Numbered from the stretch's first letter, positions 1 to 9,336 are shown. The stretch is 32,000 nucleotides of DNA from Methanopyrus kandleri AV19 (GCF_000007185.1 NC_003551.1:390001-422000); one strand, 5' to 3'. Translations and numbers: made by a program. The notes: generated from the sequence alone by a model not told the origin.

Positions 1-1
1 T

Positions 2-271
2 GAAACTCGAACGTACGAGAAATACCTAGAGGACCCGGATGCCGCCGGTATCCTGCTCGCGTTCGTGACGAACGATACGGAATTACAGATAGCGGTCACC
101 CTGAAGGAGGTATCGGAACCCGACGACGCGAGGGCGGTATGTACCGAGGAGTTCGAGGATCGGCTCGAGGACTGCGGGTTCCTTACCGCACCGGTAACTG
201 GTCGGCGGTGGAAGCACGACCCGAAGAGATGGGTTAAGGCGGTCGAGGACGTGCTGGGGGCGAGTCGATGA
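2..271 (+). CDS. hypothetical acidic protein, 5' end outside window
   Basis: The frame stays open from the window edge (ETRTYEKYLEDPDAAGILLAF...) into listed ORF 65..271. Its stop overlaps the next start (ATGA at 268-271). No family recognised. Confidence 0.4.
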   Translation, partial: ETRTYEKYLEDPDAAGILLAFVTNDTELQIAVTLKEVSEPDDARAVCTEEFEDRLEDCGFLTAPVTGRRWKHDPKRWVKAVEDVLGASR

Positions 272-561
272 CGTTCTGCCTCGAGGAGCGGGAGTACGAG
301 ATACTAATGGCGAGAAGGCCGTTCGACGACTGTGCGAGATACATCGAATCGAAGTTTGGAAACATCGTCAAGTTACAGCCTGGTGAGGAGATTCTGCCGG
401 GACTTCGAGCGATAGGATACGGGAAAATCCCGGTGGCGTACGGGGATGAATGGATTGTACTACCGATAACGAAACCGTGCCACGGGAGCTTCGTCGTGAA
501 GATAGAAGTTAGTGCAGAAGAACTCGAGTGGTTCCTGAAGAAGCATGTAAGCGGGCGTTAG
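268..561 (+). CDS. hypothetical protein (97 aa)
   Basis: ATG overlaps the upstream stop, suggesting translational coupling. Composition looks protein-like. The 3' end overlaps the convergent uL2 stop by 4 nt. No family recognised. Confidence 0.4.
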   Translation: MTFCLEEREYEILMARRPFDDCARYIESKFGNIVKLQPGEEILPGLRAIGYGKIPVAYGDEWIVLPITKPCHGSFVVKIEVSAEELEWFLKKHVSGR

Positions 562-1289
562 CGGCGTCCACCACGACCTGTCTTCCGGGCCGCGATGTGA
601 CCGACCTTCCTACCCGGCGGGTCACCTCTGGCGATCGTCGTGGGCTTACCCGGGCTCTGGTGGTTACCTCCACCGAACGGGTGGTCGACGGCGTTCATCG
701 CGACGCCACGTACCTTCGGCCACTTACCACCCTTGCTGCGCATGTGGTAGTACTTCTTACCCGCCTTCACGAACGGCTTCTCGCGCTTACCACCACCGGA
801 CATGACGCCGATCGTGGCCCGACACCGTGGGTCGAACGTACGTACCTTACCAGAGGGGAGCTGCACGTAGGTACGTCCGACATCGTGGGCGATGATGGTG
901 GCGTAGCATCCGGGCGCCCGCGCGAACTTACCGCCGTCACCCGGCTGTCCCTCGATGTTGAATATTGGGACTCCTTCCGGGATCTCCGCGAGTGGAAGCG
1001 TGTTGCCGGGCTTGATCTCCGCGGACACACCGCACTCTATGATGTCGCCCACCTTGGTTCCCTCGGGCACTAGTATGAGTCGCTCCTCTCCGTCCTCGAA
1101 CCTCACTCTAGCCACAGGAGCGTTGCGTGCCGGATCGTGGAGCAGCTCGACTACCTTACCGACGACCTTGCCCTTCTTTTCCTGTTCATCGTAAGGCCTG
1201 TGCTCTATACGACCACGGTAACGGTGAGATGGAGCGCGGTACGTAGGCCCGCCACGTCCCAACCGCTGCGGGCGGATACGCTTGCCCAT
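558..1289 (-). CDS. rpl2: 50S ribosomal protein uL2 (L2P)
   Basis: MGKRIRPQRLGRGGPTYRAPSHRY... and ...VAMNAVDHPFGGGNHQSPGKP are hallmark uL2 motifs. It sits in the L3-L4-L23-L2 order. Confidence 0.97.
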   Translation of the reverse strand: MGKRIRPQRLGRGGPTYRAPSHRYRGRIEHRPYDEQEKKGKVVGKVVELLHDPARNAPVARVRFEDGEERLILVPEGTKVGDIIECGVSAEIKPGNTLPLAEIPEGVPIFNIEGQPGDGGKFARAPGCYATIIAHDVGRTYVQLPSGKVRTFDPRCRATIGVMSGGGKREKPFVKAGKKYYHMRSKGGKWPKVRGVAMNAVDHPFGGGNHQSPGKPTTIARGDPPGRKVGHIAARKTGRGGRR

Positions 1290-1301
1290 CTCGGGAACCC
1301 C

Positions 1302-1589
1302 CTACAGGATCCCTAGATCGACCGCGACGTCCTCGGCGCGGTACTCCGGCTTTAACTTGACGTAAGCTTTCTTCTCCCCGGTCGGGGTTATTAGGGTATT
1401 TACCTTTTCCACCTCGACGTCGAACAGCTCCTCGACGGCCTTTTTAATGAGCGGTTTGTTAGCGTCCCGCCGCACGATGAACGTGAGCTTGTTCTCCGCC
1501 TCCATCAACCGCATCGCCTTCTCAGTGGCCACTGGGTACAGTAGGACGTCGTGTGGGTCTTCGATCTTAGGACCGTATCTCTTGGCCAC
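1302..1589 (-). CDS. rpl23: 50S ribosomal protein uL23 (L23P)
   Basis: 95 aa. [39 protein letters not shown] is typical of uL23. Position is between uL4 and uL2. Confidence 0.95.
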   Translation of the reverse strand: MAKRYGPKIEDPHDVLLYPVATEKAMRLMEAENKLTFIVRRDANKPLIKKAVEELFDVEVEKVNTLITPTGEKKAYVKLKPEYRAEDVAVDLGIL

Positions 1590-1592
1590 GGT

Positions 1593-2375
1593 TTACTCCC
1601 CCAGACGCTCTTCCAGTACCTCCAGGGCTCCGGGTGTGAACACAGTCAGTCGCCCGGGATGCGCACCGGGAGCCAGGTGTTCGACGCCCAGGTGCATCGC
1701 CTCGACCACGTCGACACCTGGATGGTTTCTAGCACCTAACTTGATACCCTCGTCCTCGTCCACCACGATGAGCACGCTCTTCGGCTTTACGTACCGTCGA
1801 CCGCGCCGCTTACCCTTACCTGCCCGGATGCGTCGATTGCTCTTGGCCCGCTCTACGTCGGCCCACAACCCGACGCTCTTGAAGAATTCCCGGACCTCCC
1901 GAGCCTTGTTCAGGCTTTTCAGCTCGTCCACGACCACCACCGGGAGGTGTGGAACATCGTCGATCACATGGCCGCGCTCCTTCACGAACTCGGGCTTGGC
2001 TGTCGCCGCCAGAGCGGATCTGAGCGCTGCACGTCGCTCCTTCCTGTTAACCCGCTGGGTCCAGTCCTTCTCGGGTGTCGGTGCGTGGGCCTTCTGTCCT
2101 CCGACCGCTTGGGCGACCCTGGCAGCCCTACCGGCCGCCGGGTGCCTCCGTCCCTTGACCCTCGGGACCATCGCCACGCCGTGACCGGCACCCCAGGACT
2201 CGGCGCTCGTCCTGAAACCTGCGCGCGGGTCGGTACCGTAGGGTTGGCGGCGGTTAGCCTGAGCTGCCAGCACCGCGCGCCGGATGAGGTCCTTACGGAC
2301 CGGCTCCTCGAAGAAAGACGGTAGCTCGACCGTGTCGACCTCTTCACCCTCGAGGTTGAAAACGGGAGCCTCCAC
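1593..2375 (-). CDS. rpl4: 50S ribosomal protein uL4 (L4P)
   Basis: The archaeal L4 pattern RQPYGTDPRAGFRTSAESWGAGHGVAMVPRVKG is present. Operon context agrees. Confidence 0.95.
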   Translation of the reverse strand: MEAPVFNLEGEEVDTVELPSFFEEPVRKDLIRRAVLAAQANRRQPYGTDPRAGFRTSAESWGAGHGVAMVPRVKGRRHPAAGRAARVAQAVGGQKAHAPTPEKDWTQRVNRKERRAALRSALAATAKPEFVKERGHVIDDVPHLPVVVVDELKSLNKAREVREFFKSVGLWADVERAKSNRRIRAGKGKRRGRRYVKPKSVLIVVDEDEGIKLGARNHPGVDVVEAMHLGVEHLAPGAHPGRLTVFTPGALEVLEERLGE

Positions 2376-2389
2376 TATCTACTACCCCC

Positions 2390-3475
2390 TTAGGCACTCG
2401 CGGGACCTCCGAGCTGCTCCACGATCTCATCCTCGGAGGCCTTCGGCCGGACACCCTGCTGCGACGTCCGACTGATGTACAGGATCTCAGGCGCTCCCTC
2501 GGGCGCGTTCTTCGGTGGTCGTACGGCGGGTCTTACCCGGATCAACCGCTTCTTCGGTCCGGGAACCGTGCCGTGGATCATGATGTAATCACCGCGGACG
2601 ACTCCATAGTTAACGAAACCTCCGCGTGGAGTGACTTCCTCACCGTCCTCTCCGATCTTGAGGATGCGCTTATTGTGCTCGGTGCGCTGGTGGTAACCCA
2701 CCTGACCCGCCATCGGGACAGTCCACCTTACCCTAGAGGGTGTGATCGGACCTATCGATCCGATGTGTCGTCCCTTCTGCTTCCGCTGGGTCTTACGGTC
2801 CTGGATCGTGACACCCCAGCGCTTCACCACGCCCTGGAAGCCCTTACCCTTCGTGATCGCAGAGACGTCCACGATCTCGCCCTCGTCGAAGACGTCCTTG
2901 GCCCTGATCTCCTCGCTGAGGATCTCTACGGCGTACTCGAAGCGCTCCCGTACGTCCTTGCCGCCGATCCTGTACTCCATAACGTCGGGCTTCTTCTTCG
3001 GGACTCCAGCCTTCTTCGGCTGTGTGGCCACGATGACCCTGATCTCCTCCACAATACCCTCGTCGACGAGCTCCTCGATCTTGTCCAGGTCTCCAGCCTC
3101 GCCGTCCTTGGGTACCGTGAACACCCGGTCCATCTCCAGCTCCTCGGGAATCTCGGCCCATGCCTCGGTCACGCACCTGTAACCGTCCGGCGTGGGCGCG
3201 TAAGCACGGATAGCGGCGACGTACATCGGAGGAGCGTCGAGGATCGTTACGGGCACCGAGATTTCCTCACCTTCGGTCGGACTGTTGGGCCAGTCGTCGA
3301 TCATGATGGCATGGGTCATTCCGGCTTTGTAACCCGCGAATCCTTGCACGCGCACTCTCTCCTCGTCCGGCCAACTTCGGATCCTAGGAACGGGCCGTGA
3401 GGCACGCTTCCTCGGGCTGAAGGCCAGAGAACCGCGTCTTGGCCTACCTGGATTCCTGCGTCCACCGCGTCCCAT
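2390..3475 (-). CDS. rpl3: 50S ribosomal protein uL3 (L3P)
   Basis: The protein is uL3-like throughout (FAGYKAGMTH..., KGKGFQGVVKRWGV). I chose the ATG at 3475 (MGRGGRRNPGRPRRGSLAF...) over the ORF-track start at 3577. The extra 34 codons look non-coding and run into the promoter region. Confidence 0.93.
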   Translation of the reverse strand: MGRGGRRNPGRPRRGSLAFSPRKRASRPVPRIRSWPDEERVRVQGFAGYKAGMTHAIMIDDWPNSPTEGEEISVPVTILDAPPMYVAAIRAYAPTPDGYRCVTEAWAEIPEELEMDRVFTVPKDGEAGDLDKIEELVDEGIVEEIRVIVATQPKKAGVPKKKPDVMEYRIGGKDVRERFEYAVEILSEEIRAKDVFDEGEIVDVSAITKGKGFQGVVKRWGVTIQDRKTQRKQKGRHIGSIGPITPSRVRWTVPMAGQVGYHQRTEHNKRILKIGEDGEEVTPRGGFVNYGVVRGDYIMIHGTVPGPKKRLIRVRPAVRPPKNAPEGAPEILYISRTSQQGVRPKASEDEIVEQLGGPASA

Positions 3476-3532
3476 CGGCCGTTTCCCCCAATCCTCCGCC
3501 GTTTTCTCGGCTCCGGCGGGACGGGTCCGACC

Positions 3533-3543
3533 GTATAAAGTTT
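3533..3543 (-). promoter_or_regulatory. candidate BRE/TATA element for the uL3 operon
   Basis: On the - strand this reads AAACTTTATAC. It is the only AT-rich box in the 143-nt divergent spacer and lies about 60 nt upstream of the uL3 ATG. Not verified. Confidence 0.3.
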
Positions 3544-3618
3544 GAGCGCGCGGCGAGGTTTTTGAGTTCGGACGCAAGTTGATCTGGGGAGAAAAGGATC
3601 GGTCGGGGCTCGGAGGCA

Positions 3619-4368
3619 GTGGACGTCAGATCCGCCGAGCGCTTGCTGGAAGACCTGAAGGAGTTCGCTGAACGCGTGAACAAGGCTTTCTCCAGGATCA
3701 ACCCGCAGATCATGGAGCGTCGGACTCCCAGAGGATGGCTACGTGAGATGGTACGGGAATACTTCGAGAACCTAGGAGCCGAAGTGCTCCGTGAGGCGTG
3801 CGAGATTGCCAAGGAGGATATCAGAAGTTACCGAGAACTGGATGAACTACTCCAAGAGATCGAGCGCTCCACCGATCGAGAGGAGGACGTTTTGTACGTA
3901 CGTCGGGCCCTCCTCAGGTACATGTTCTGCAGGACGTACACGCTCCAGCGATTGTTAGTCCGACTGTACTGGAGCCTGAGCGCCGGAACGGCGGACGTCG
4001 CCGAGCTCGTGGGAATGCTTCGTAGAATGGACCTGTTCGCGGAGGAAGCCCAACTCATCTACCCCGTGACGCCGGATGTAGAGGACCTACGTGAAGCGGT
4101 GAAGGACGCGATCCAGGTTATCGGGGAGGAGGTCGGAGCCGGAACCGAAGAAGAAGACGACCGTTTAGAACCGGAACCCAAGCTCGAGGTGTGCGTTGTT
4201 CGCGGGAAGCTACCCGCTTTTGTGGATCCGGATACGGGCGCGGAGGTGCCGCCCTCAAAGGAGGGAGATTTATTAATGGTCGGGGAGACGGCCGCGCGGA
4301 TCCTCTCGGAACGGGGGCGTCGATGGGGCGGTCCCTTCGCGGAACACGTCCGGAGGTGGAGGGGGTGA
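3619..4368 (+). CDS. probable GINS subunit (Gins51/Gins15-type, A-domain then B-domain)
   Basis: GTG start. The N-terminal half is helical, followed by an acidic linker ([14 protein letters not shown]). The C-terminal small beta domain, [45 protein letters not shown], fits the archaeal GINS B-domain pattern (V.V....P.F.G.DG....L.K.D...LP...A..L...G). Confidence 0.5.
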   Translation: MDVRSAERLLEDLKEFAERVNKAFSRINPQIMERRTPRGWLREMVREYFENLGAEVLREACEIAKEDIRSYRELDELLQEIERSTDREEDVLYVRRALLRYMFCRTYTLQRLLVRLYWSLSAGTADVAELVGMLRRMDLFAEEAQLIYPVTPDVEDLREAVKDAIQVIGEEVGAGTEEEDDRLEPEPKLEVCVVRGKLPAFVDPDTGAEVPPSKEGDLLMVGETAARILSERGRRWGGPFAEHVRRWRG

Positions 4369-4372
4369 GTCG

Positions 4373-4654
4373 TTGGCTAAGATCCCGAAGAAAATCCGGA
4401 CGTACTGCCCGTACTGCCGGAAACACACCATCCACGAGGTAGAGCGCGCCAAGAAGAACCCCGCGAGAAAGATGTCGTGGGGACAGCGTCAGTTCGAGCG
4501 CGTCCTGAAAGGATACGGTGGATTCCCACGTCCCAAGCCGTCGGGCGAGAAACCCACGAAGAAAGTGGACCTGCGCTACCGGTGCACCGAGTGTGGTAAA
4601 GCTCACACCCGGAAGGGTTGGCGAGCCGGCACCCTCGAGATCACCGAGGAGTAG
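4373..4654 (+). CDS. rpl44e: 50S ribosomal protein eL42 (L44e)
   Basis: TTG start. Zinc-ribbon cysteines are present (CPYCRKHT...CTECGK). The protein is typical L44e, in the conserved archaeal L44e-S27e-aIF2alpha-Nop10 cluster. Confidence 0.95.
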   Translation: MAKIPKKIRTYCPYCRKHTIHEVERAKKNPARKMSWGQRQFERVLKGYGGFPRPKPSGEKPTKKVDLRYRCTECGKAHTRKGWRAGTLEITEE

Positions 4655-4668
4655 GGGGTGAGATCGCT

Positions 4669-4890
4669 TTGGATGAGAAGCGATTCCTGAAGAGGTTCAC
4701 CGAGTCCGATCTCGTACCGCAGCCTCGTAGCAGGTTCCTCCGCGTGGAGTGCGTGGATTGTGGTAACGAGCAGATCATATTCGGAAACGCGAGCACCGAG
4801 GTAAAGTGCCACATCTGCGGCCGCACCCTAGCCAAGCCGACCGGCGGTAAGGCCAAGATCCTCACTAAGATCAAGGAGGTGCTCGAGTAA
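4669..4890 (+). CDS. rps27e: 30S ribosomal protein eS27 (S27e)
   Basis: [24 protein letters not shown] is the S27e zinc ribbon. I prefer the TTG at 4669, which is preceded by GGGGGTGA (SD-like, about 7 nt upstream). The ORF-track start at 4618 lies inside rpl44e. The start remains uncertain. Confidence 0.88.
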   Translation: MDEKRFLKRFTESDLVPQPRSRFLRVECVDCGNEQIIFGNASTEVKCHICGRTLAKPTGGKAKILTKIKEVLE

Positions 4891-5693
4891 TGCCCCGGAA
4901 GTTACGCGATCTTCCCGAAGAAGGCGAGATAGTGATGGCCACGGTAGAGCGTGTCGAGGACCACGGAGCCTTCGTCACGCTGGACGAGTACCCGGGAGTG
5001 GACGGGTACATCCATATCTCGGAGGTAGCGAGCGGTTGGGTCAAGAACATCAGGGACTACGTCAAGGAGGGTCAGAAGGTAGTCGCCAAGGTTATCCGCG
5101 TGAACCCGAAGCGCAAGTACGCCAACCTATCCCTCAGGAAGGTCACCGACCACCAGCGCAAGGAGAAACTGAAGGAGTGGAAGCGTGAGCAGAGGGCCGA
5201 AAAGCTCCTAGAAATGGCCGCAGAAGAGCTCGGCAAGGATCTGGACGAGGCTTACGAGGAGGCTGGGTACAAACTGATCGAAGAATACGGATCCCTTTAC
5301 GATGCACTGGAAAGGGCGGCCGCCGAGGAAGGGCCGGAACCACTCCTCAAGGCCGGAGTACCGGAAGAATGGGCCGAAAAGCTCGCGGAGCTGGCGATTG
5401 AGAACATCGAGCCGGGTCGCGTGAAGATCGAGGCGTACGTCGATCTCACATGCCCGGCTCCGAACGGTGTGGAGATAATCCGTGAGGCACTCGAGAAGAT
5501 CGAAGAGTTCCAGCAAGGCGACGTGAAAATGGAAGTACAGTACGTAGGAGCTCCCCGGTACCGGATCACCGTGGACGCTCCGGACTACCGAACGGCAGAG
5601 AAAATGGTCAGGAAGGCAGCTCAGGCCGCGATCGACCACGTGGAAGAGCACGGAGGCGAGGGCGAGTTCCACCGGGAGATCGAGGAGGGGTAA
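4890..5693 (+). CDS. eif2a: translation initiation factor aIF2 alpha subunit
   Basis: The N-terminal S1 domain reads EGEIVMATVERVEDHGAFVTLDEYPGVDGYIHISEVASGWVKNIRDYV. Length is 267 aa and the cluster context is conserved. Confidence 0.95.
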   Translation: MPRKLRDLPEEGEIVMATVERVEDHGAFVTLDEYPGVDGYIHISEVASGWVKNIRDYVKEGQKVVAKVIRVNPKRKYANLSLRKVTDHQRKEKLKEWKREQRAEKLLEMAAEELGKDLDEAYEEAGYKLIEEYGSLYDALERAAAEEGPEPLLKAGVPEEWAEKLAELAIENIEPGRVKIEAYVDLTCPAPNGVEIIREALEKIEEFQQGDVKMEVQYVGAPRYRITVDAPDYRTAEKMVRKAAQAAIDHVEEHGGEGEFHREIEEG

Positions 5694-5696
5694 AGC

Positions 5697-5897
5697 GTGC
5701 CTAAACGACTACGCAGGTGTAAGGAGTGCGGGGAATACACGCTTCAAAGGGACAAATGTCCGCATTGCGGTGGAGATCTGGAGGTGCCGCACCCGCACCG
5801 ATTCTCCCCGGAAGACCCGTACGGTAAATATCGAAGGAAGCTGAAGAAAAGGGTGTGGGCCGAGAAATTCGGCCCGCCTTCCGGCGAGGGGGATTAA
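5697..5897 (+). CDS. nop10: H/ACA RNP component Nop10
   Basis: GTG start. Zinc ribbon CKECGEYTL..CPHCGG followed by PHPHRFSPEDPYGKYRR is the Nop10 signature. Confidence 0.9.
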   Translation: MPKRLRRCKECGEYTLQRDKCPHCGGDLEVPHPHRFSPEDPYGKYRRKLKKRVWAEKFGPPSGEGD

Positions 5898-5900
5898 AAG

Positions 5901-6710
5901 TTGGACCTGCTGAAGCTGGCCCGCGGAAACACCGTGATCAAGTTCGATTTCGAGCCAGAAGTGGAGGAGCCGGTCCTCGTGGAGGGGCTTCCCGGCATCG
6001 GGCACGTAGGCAAGCTAGCCGCCGAGGCGATGATCGAGGACTTAGGCGCCGAAAAGTTCGCGGAGCTGTACTCACCGTACTTCCCACCACACGTATCCGT
6101 GAATGAGGATGGCATCGTGGAAGTAATGAGGAACGAGTTCTACGTGTACGAATCCGAAGGTGATGAACCGGACATCATCTTCCTCATCGGCGAGGCGCAG
6201 GCGCAGGGTGAGCTCGGACAGCATGAGGTCACCATCCGCATACTGCAAACCGTTAAGGAGTTCGGAACGGAAATGATCTTCACACTCGGAGGCCTCGGAA
6301 CCGGGACCGTCCCGACGGAACCCAAGGTCGTTGGGGCGGCTACGCACAAGGAGCTTATCGACCTGCTGAAGGAGCACGGTATTGAAGTCCGCAGCGGCGA
6401 CAAAGGCGGCAACATCGTAGGAGCTTCCGGTCTGCTGCTCGGCTTCGGGAAGATGATGGGCATGAAAGGAGTCTGCCTGATGGGTGTAACTCCGGGGCAC
6501 GTTATCGACCCACGGGCCGCGATGGCCGTCGTCGAGAAACTGTCCACGATTCTGGGGGTTGAAGTCGAGGCCGATTCGTTGAAGAAGCGGGCCGAGCGAT
6601 TCGAGCGCGAATTCGTGGCACAGCTGGAGGAGATGCCTTCGGCGCTCGAAGAGGCGCAGCAGGAGGCGGAGGAGGGTAAGCCGGAAGAAGACCTCAGGTA
6701 CATCGGGTGA
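5901..6710 (+). CDS. PAC2-family proteasome assembly chaperone-like protein (COG1938)
   Basis: TTG start. LVEGLPGIGHVGKLAAEAMIEDLGAEKFAELYSPYFPPHV matches the PAC2/COG1938 N-terminus. The gene usually follows Nop10 in archaea. It has an acidic C-terminal tail. Confidence 0.75.
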   Translation: MDLLKLARGNTVIKFDFEPEVEEPVLVEGLPGIGHVGKLAAEAMIEDLGAEKFAELYSPYFPPHVSVNEDGIVEVMRNEFYVYESEGDEPDIIFLIGEAQAQGELGQHEVTIRILQTVKEFGTEMIFTLGGLGTGTVPTEPKVVGAATHKELIDLLKEHGIEVRSGDKGGNIVGASGLLLGFGKMMGMKGVCLMGVTPGHVIDPRAAMAVVEKLSTILGVEVEADSLKKRAERFEREFVAQLEEMPSALEEAQQEAEEGKPEEDLRYIG

Positions 6711-6716
6711 GCCTCG

Positions 6717-7583
6717 TTGGGATCACATTGGCGACACGCCGTCCGCGCTATTTCCTCGGCACTCTCCCCCTTCATCCCCCCCTCACTGTCCCCTTGGATC
6801 GCCTTGGTTTCCGTATGTGTGGAAGAGTACGGTCCGCCTCTCACAGCCGTAGCCTCAGGAATCACGGCAGCAGCTATCACCGGACACCCCATATTCGCAA
6901 TGGTTTCTGCCCTAATAGGCGAATTTACCGTGGGAGCCGCGCTTCGCAGGAAGCTCCCACGAAATCCCGTTTCAACCCTGCTGTACTCCGCCGTGGGAGG
7001 AGCCGCAGTAGCTCCATTGGTACTCCGAGCTACGTTAACTCCCCTTCACGCCTTGATCTTCGGACTCACACTCTTTACGGCTTTCATCCGGCCCCCACTC
7101 GCCCCCATAATCTACGAGAAGCGGGAACGGTACGACCCGTGGAATTCGATCGTCCTGGCCGCGCTGATGATATACGGTCTTGCACCGCTCGTAGGTCTCG
7201 AGAACTCTTGCTTGGCCTTCCTCGTCGCTAAGGGCGTAGATGGAGCCGGCGGTCTCGCACAGTTCATCCCGGGATCGATCAATCCCGTAGTGTCGCTCAA
7301 GGGGTTTCGGATCCGTGAGGTTGAGGAGGGAATCAGCCCGATCGGAACGTTCTTCGAGTTCTTAGCGGCGTTGGGGTTAGGATGGCTGATCACCGGAAGC
7401 ACTCAAGGTGCCTTAGTGATGGGTATCGCCGTAACCGCGGCGGACATCCTCTCGAACGTTACCGGAGTCGAAGACCACCACAAAGGAGACGACCTGCTCA
7501 TGATGCTATCGGCGGCGTGGGTGATCCAAACCTTCGGAGTCTCGGGCTTAATGCGGCTCCTAGGGCTGATGCCGGGGTGGTGA
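6717..7583 (+). CDS. polytopic integral membrane protein, family not recognised
   Basis: The 288-aa ORF has many hydrophobic segments and stops 3 nt before the next gene. The true start is uncertain (TTG at 6717 or an internal GTG/ATG). Confidence 0.5.
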   Translation: MGSHWRHAVRAISSALSPFIPPSLSPWIALVSVCVEEYGPPLTAVASGITAAAITGHPIFAMVSALIGEFTVGAALRRKLPRNPVSTLLYSAVGGAAVAPLVLRATLTPLHALIFGLTLFTAFIRPPLAPIIYEKRERYDPWNSIVLAALMIYGLAPLVGLENSCLAFLVAKGVDGAGGLAQFIPGSINPVVSLKGFRIREVEEGISPIGTFFEFLAALGLGWLITGSTQGALVMGIAVTAADILSNVTGVEDHHKGDDLLMMLSAAWVIQTFGVSGLMRLLGLMPGW

Positions 7584-7586
7584 GGG

Positions 7587-8081
7587 GTGGACCTAAGGTA
7601 CCTAACCAGCGCCATCTCGGTATCGCTGTTCGTTTACTCGGGCATAGACACAGAGCCGCTCCAGTACGTGACGGCCCAGTGGGTGGAAAGTGTGCTCCAC
7701 TTAATGGGGCTCACCGTTCCCAAGGCCGGCTACACGTTCCAAGTCGGAACCGTAAGTGCGATGATCGTGAAGGGATGCGTCGTCTGGCCCGCTATCTCGC
7801 TGTTCGTAGGATTGATCGTCGCCACTCCCGGCCCATCCGTACTCCGGAAAATCGCCGCCCTCGCCGCGTCCGTAGCACTGCTCACGGCCGGCAACGTGCT
7901 AAGGCTGGCGAGCATGTTCTACATGATGGAGGTGTGGGGAGTAGGGTTCCGACTAGCCCACGATGTGATCGGTCAGTTGGTGGGACTCGCCATCGTCATA
8001 CTAGCGGCGTGGGTGGCGTTCTATATCGTGCCGGAAACCGAAGATAAGCTCCGTGAAATAATCCCTTGGCCGGGTGAGTGA
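7587..8081 (+). CDS. exosortase/archaeosortase-family protein (short form)
   Basis: 164 aa, all transmembrane helices. The ordered Cys/Arg/His triad of the EpsH domain is present: MIVKGCVVWPAISLF, AGNVLRLASMF, LAHDVIGQLVG. Confidence 0.7.
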   Translation: MDLRYLTSAISVSLFVYSGIDTEPLQYVTAQWVESVLHLMGLTVPKAGYTFQVGTVSAMIVKGCVVWPAISLFVGLIVATPGPSVLRKIAALAASVALLTAGNVLRLASMFYMMEVWGVGFRLAHDVIGQLVGLAIVILAAWVAFYIVPETEDKLREIIPWPGE

Positions 8082-9336
8082 AGTGGGAGAACAATACGAC
8101 TCGGACCTACATCTACACTCCCAGTACTCGGGCGGTACCTCACCGAGAATGGTGATACGGGAGATAGCACGAGGAGCCGCCAAGAAAGGCCTAGATCTCG
8201 TCGGCACGGGCGACATACTGCACCCGAAATGGAGGCGCCACGTGCGGAGGGAGCTCGTGGAAGACGAATACGGACTCCTTAAGGAGCCGAAAACCGGTGT
8301 ACTGTTCGTCCCGACGGTAGAGGTTGAAGACGAGCGCCGCGTGCACCATTTAATCATCCTACCATCACTCGATCACGCCGAAGAACTGCACGGAGAACTT
8401 TCCAGGTACTCCGACGACATCGATGCCGAAGGCCGGCCGCATCTGCGCATGACTGGGGCGGAGCTGGCGGATTTACTCAAAGATCACGATTGCCTCTTCG
8501 GACCCGCCCACGCCTTCGTGCCGTGGACGAGCGTTTTCAAAGAGTACGACTCGCTGAGGGAATGCTATGGTAGCGCCATGGACCGTGTGGACTTCGTGGA
8601 ACTCGGACTTTCGGCAGATTCCGATTACGCGGACCGGATATCGGAACTTCACGAGTACACGTTTCTCACGTGCTCCGATGCCCATTCCCCATACCCGCAT
8701 CGTCTGGGCCGCGAGTTCGTGAGGTTCGAGCTAGAGGAGCCGTCGTACGACGTTCTCAAAGCGGCGATCAGAAGGAAACCGGGTGGCCGCGTGGTACTCA
8801 ACGTGGGACTCATCCCCGAGCTGGGTAAGTACAACCGAACCGCCTGTGCTCGGTGCAAGCGCCAGTTCGAGCTCGAGGAGGCAGAACGCCTTAATTGGAG
8901 ATGCCCTGAATGCGGAGGTACGATTAAAAAAGGCGTCCGGGACAGGGTCTTAGAACTGGCTGACCTCGAGAAGCCGAAGCATCCGAACCATAGACCACCT
9001 TACCTCAGAATTATCCCTCTAGCCGAAATAATCGCGAAAGCCCTCGGACTCTCGACTATAACCGCCAAGAAGGTCAGGGCTGTTTGGAACTCGTTGGTCC
9101 GACGCTTCGGTAGTGAAATAGACGTACTAATCGAAACACCGATCGAGGAGATAGCAGAAGTCGATGAGCGGGTTGCTGAACTGCTGAAATCGTTCAGGGA
9201 GGGAACCGTGAACATTCGACCGGGTGGAGGCGGAGAGTACGGGAAAATAATCACGGAAGAGGAATCGGAACGCGAGGAGCCCAGAAGTCGCAAGCCCGTC
9301 CAGCGCACACTCGACGAGCTGATAGGCCGGGGGTGA
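8074..9336 (+). CDS. endoQ: endonuclease Q (PHP domain plus Zn ribbon; cleaves 5' of deaminated bases)
   Basis: Motifs present: DLHLHSQYSGG, EVEDERRVHHLIILP, GPAHAFVPWTSVFKEYDS, CSDAHSPYPHRLGREF, CARC...CPECGGTIKKGVRDRVLELAD. These closely follow the EndoQ/COG1379 architecture as I recall it. Confidence 0.85.
   Translation: MSEVGEQYDSDLHLHSQYSGGTSPRMVIREIARGAAKKGLDLVGTGDILHPKWRRHVRRELVEDEYGLLKEPKTGVLFVPTVEVEDERRVHHLIILPSLDHAEELHGELSRYSDDIDAEGRPHLRMTGAELADLLKDHDCLFGPAHAFVPWTSVFKEYDSLRECYGSAMDRVDFVELGLSADSDYADRISELHEYTFLTCSDAHSPYPHRLGREFVRFELEEPSYDVLKAAIRRKPGGRVVLNVGLIPELGKYNRTACARCKRQFELEEAERLNWRCPECGGTIKKGVRDRVLELADLEKPKHPNHRPPYLRIIPLAEIIAKALGLSTITAKKVRAVWNSLVRRFGSEIDVLIETPIEEIAEVDERVAELLKSFREGTVNIRPGGGGEYGKIITEEESEREEPRSRKPVQRTLDELIGRG

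Noticed and set aside
2-561. The two small overlapping ORFs at the window start, considered as a toxin-antitoxin pair.
   Set aside because: The only evidence is the small size and ATGA coupling, which is common throughout this window. No toxin or antitoxin family motif (PIN, RHH, HEPN, MNT and so on) is recognisable.
3476-3577. N-terminal extensions of ORF-track models: uL3 to 3577, dapF to 16455, ThDP Pyr subunit to 28921, DUF1152 to 25473, the Trp-rich protein to 22284, and surE to 15671.
   Set aside because: The extensions are Arg/Gly/Pro-rich, overlap neighbouring genes or promoter spacers, and precede internal starts that reproduce the canonical family N-termini, several with SD-like sequences. 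I treat them as ORF-finder artefacts.
6690-6710. The C-terminal ...EEDLRYIG of the PAC2-like protein, considered as a proteasome-docking HbYX motif.
   Set aside because: The Tyr is at position -3, not the penultimate position required for HbYX. I did not call it.
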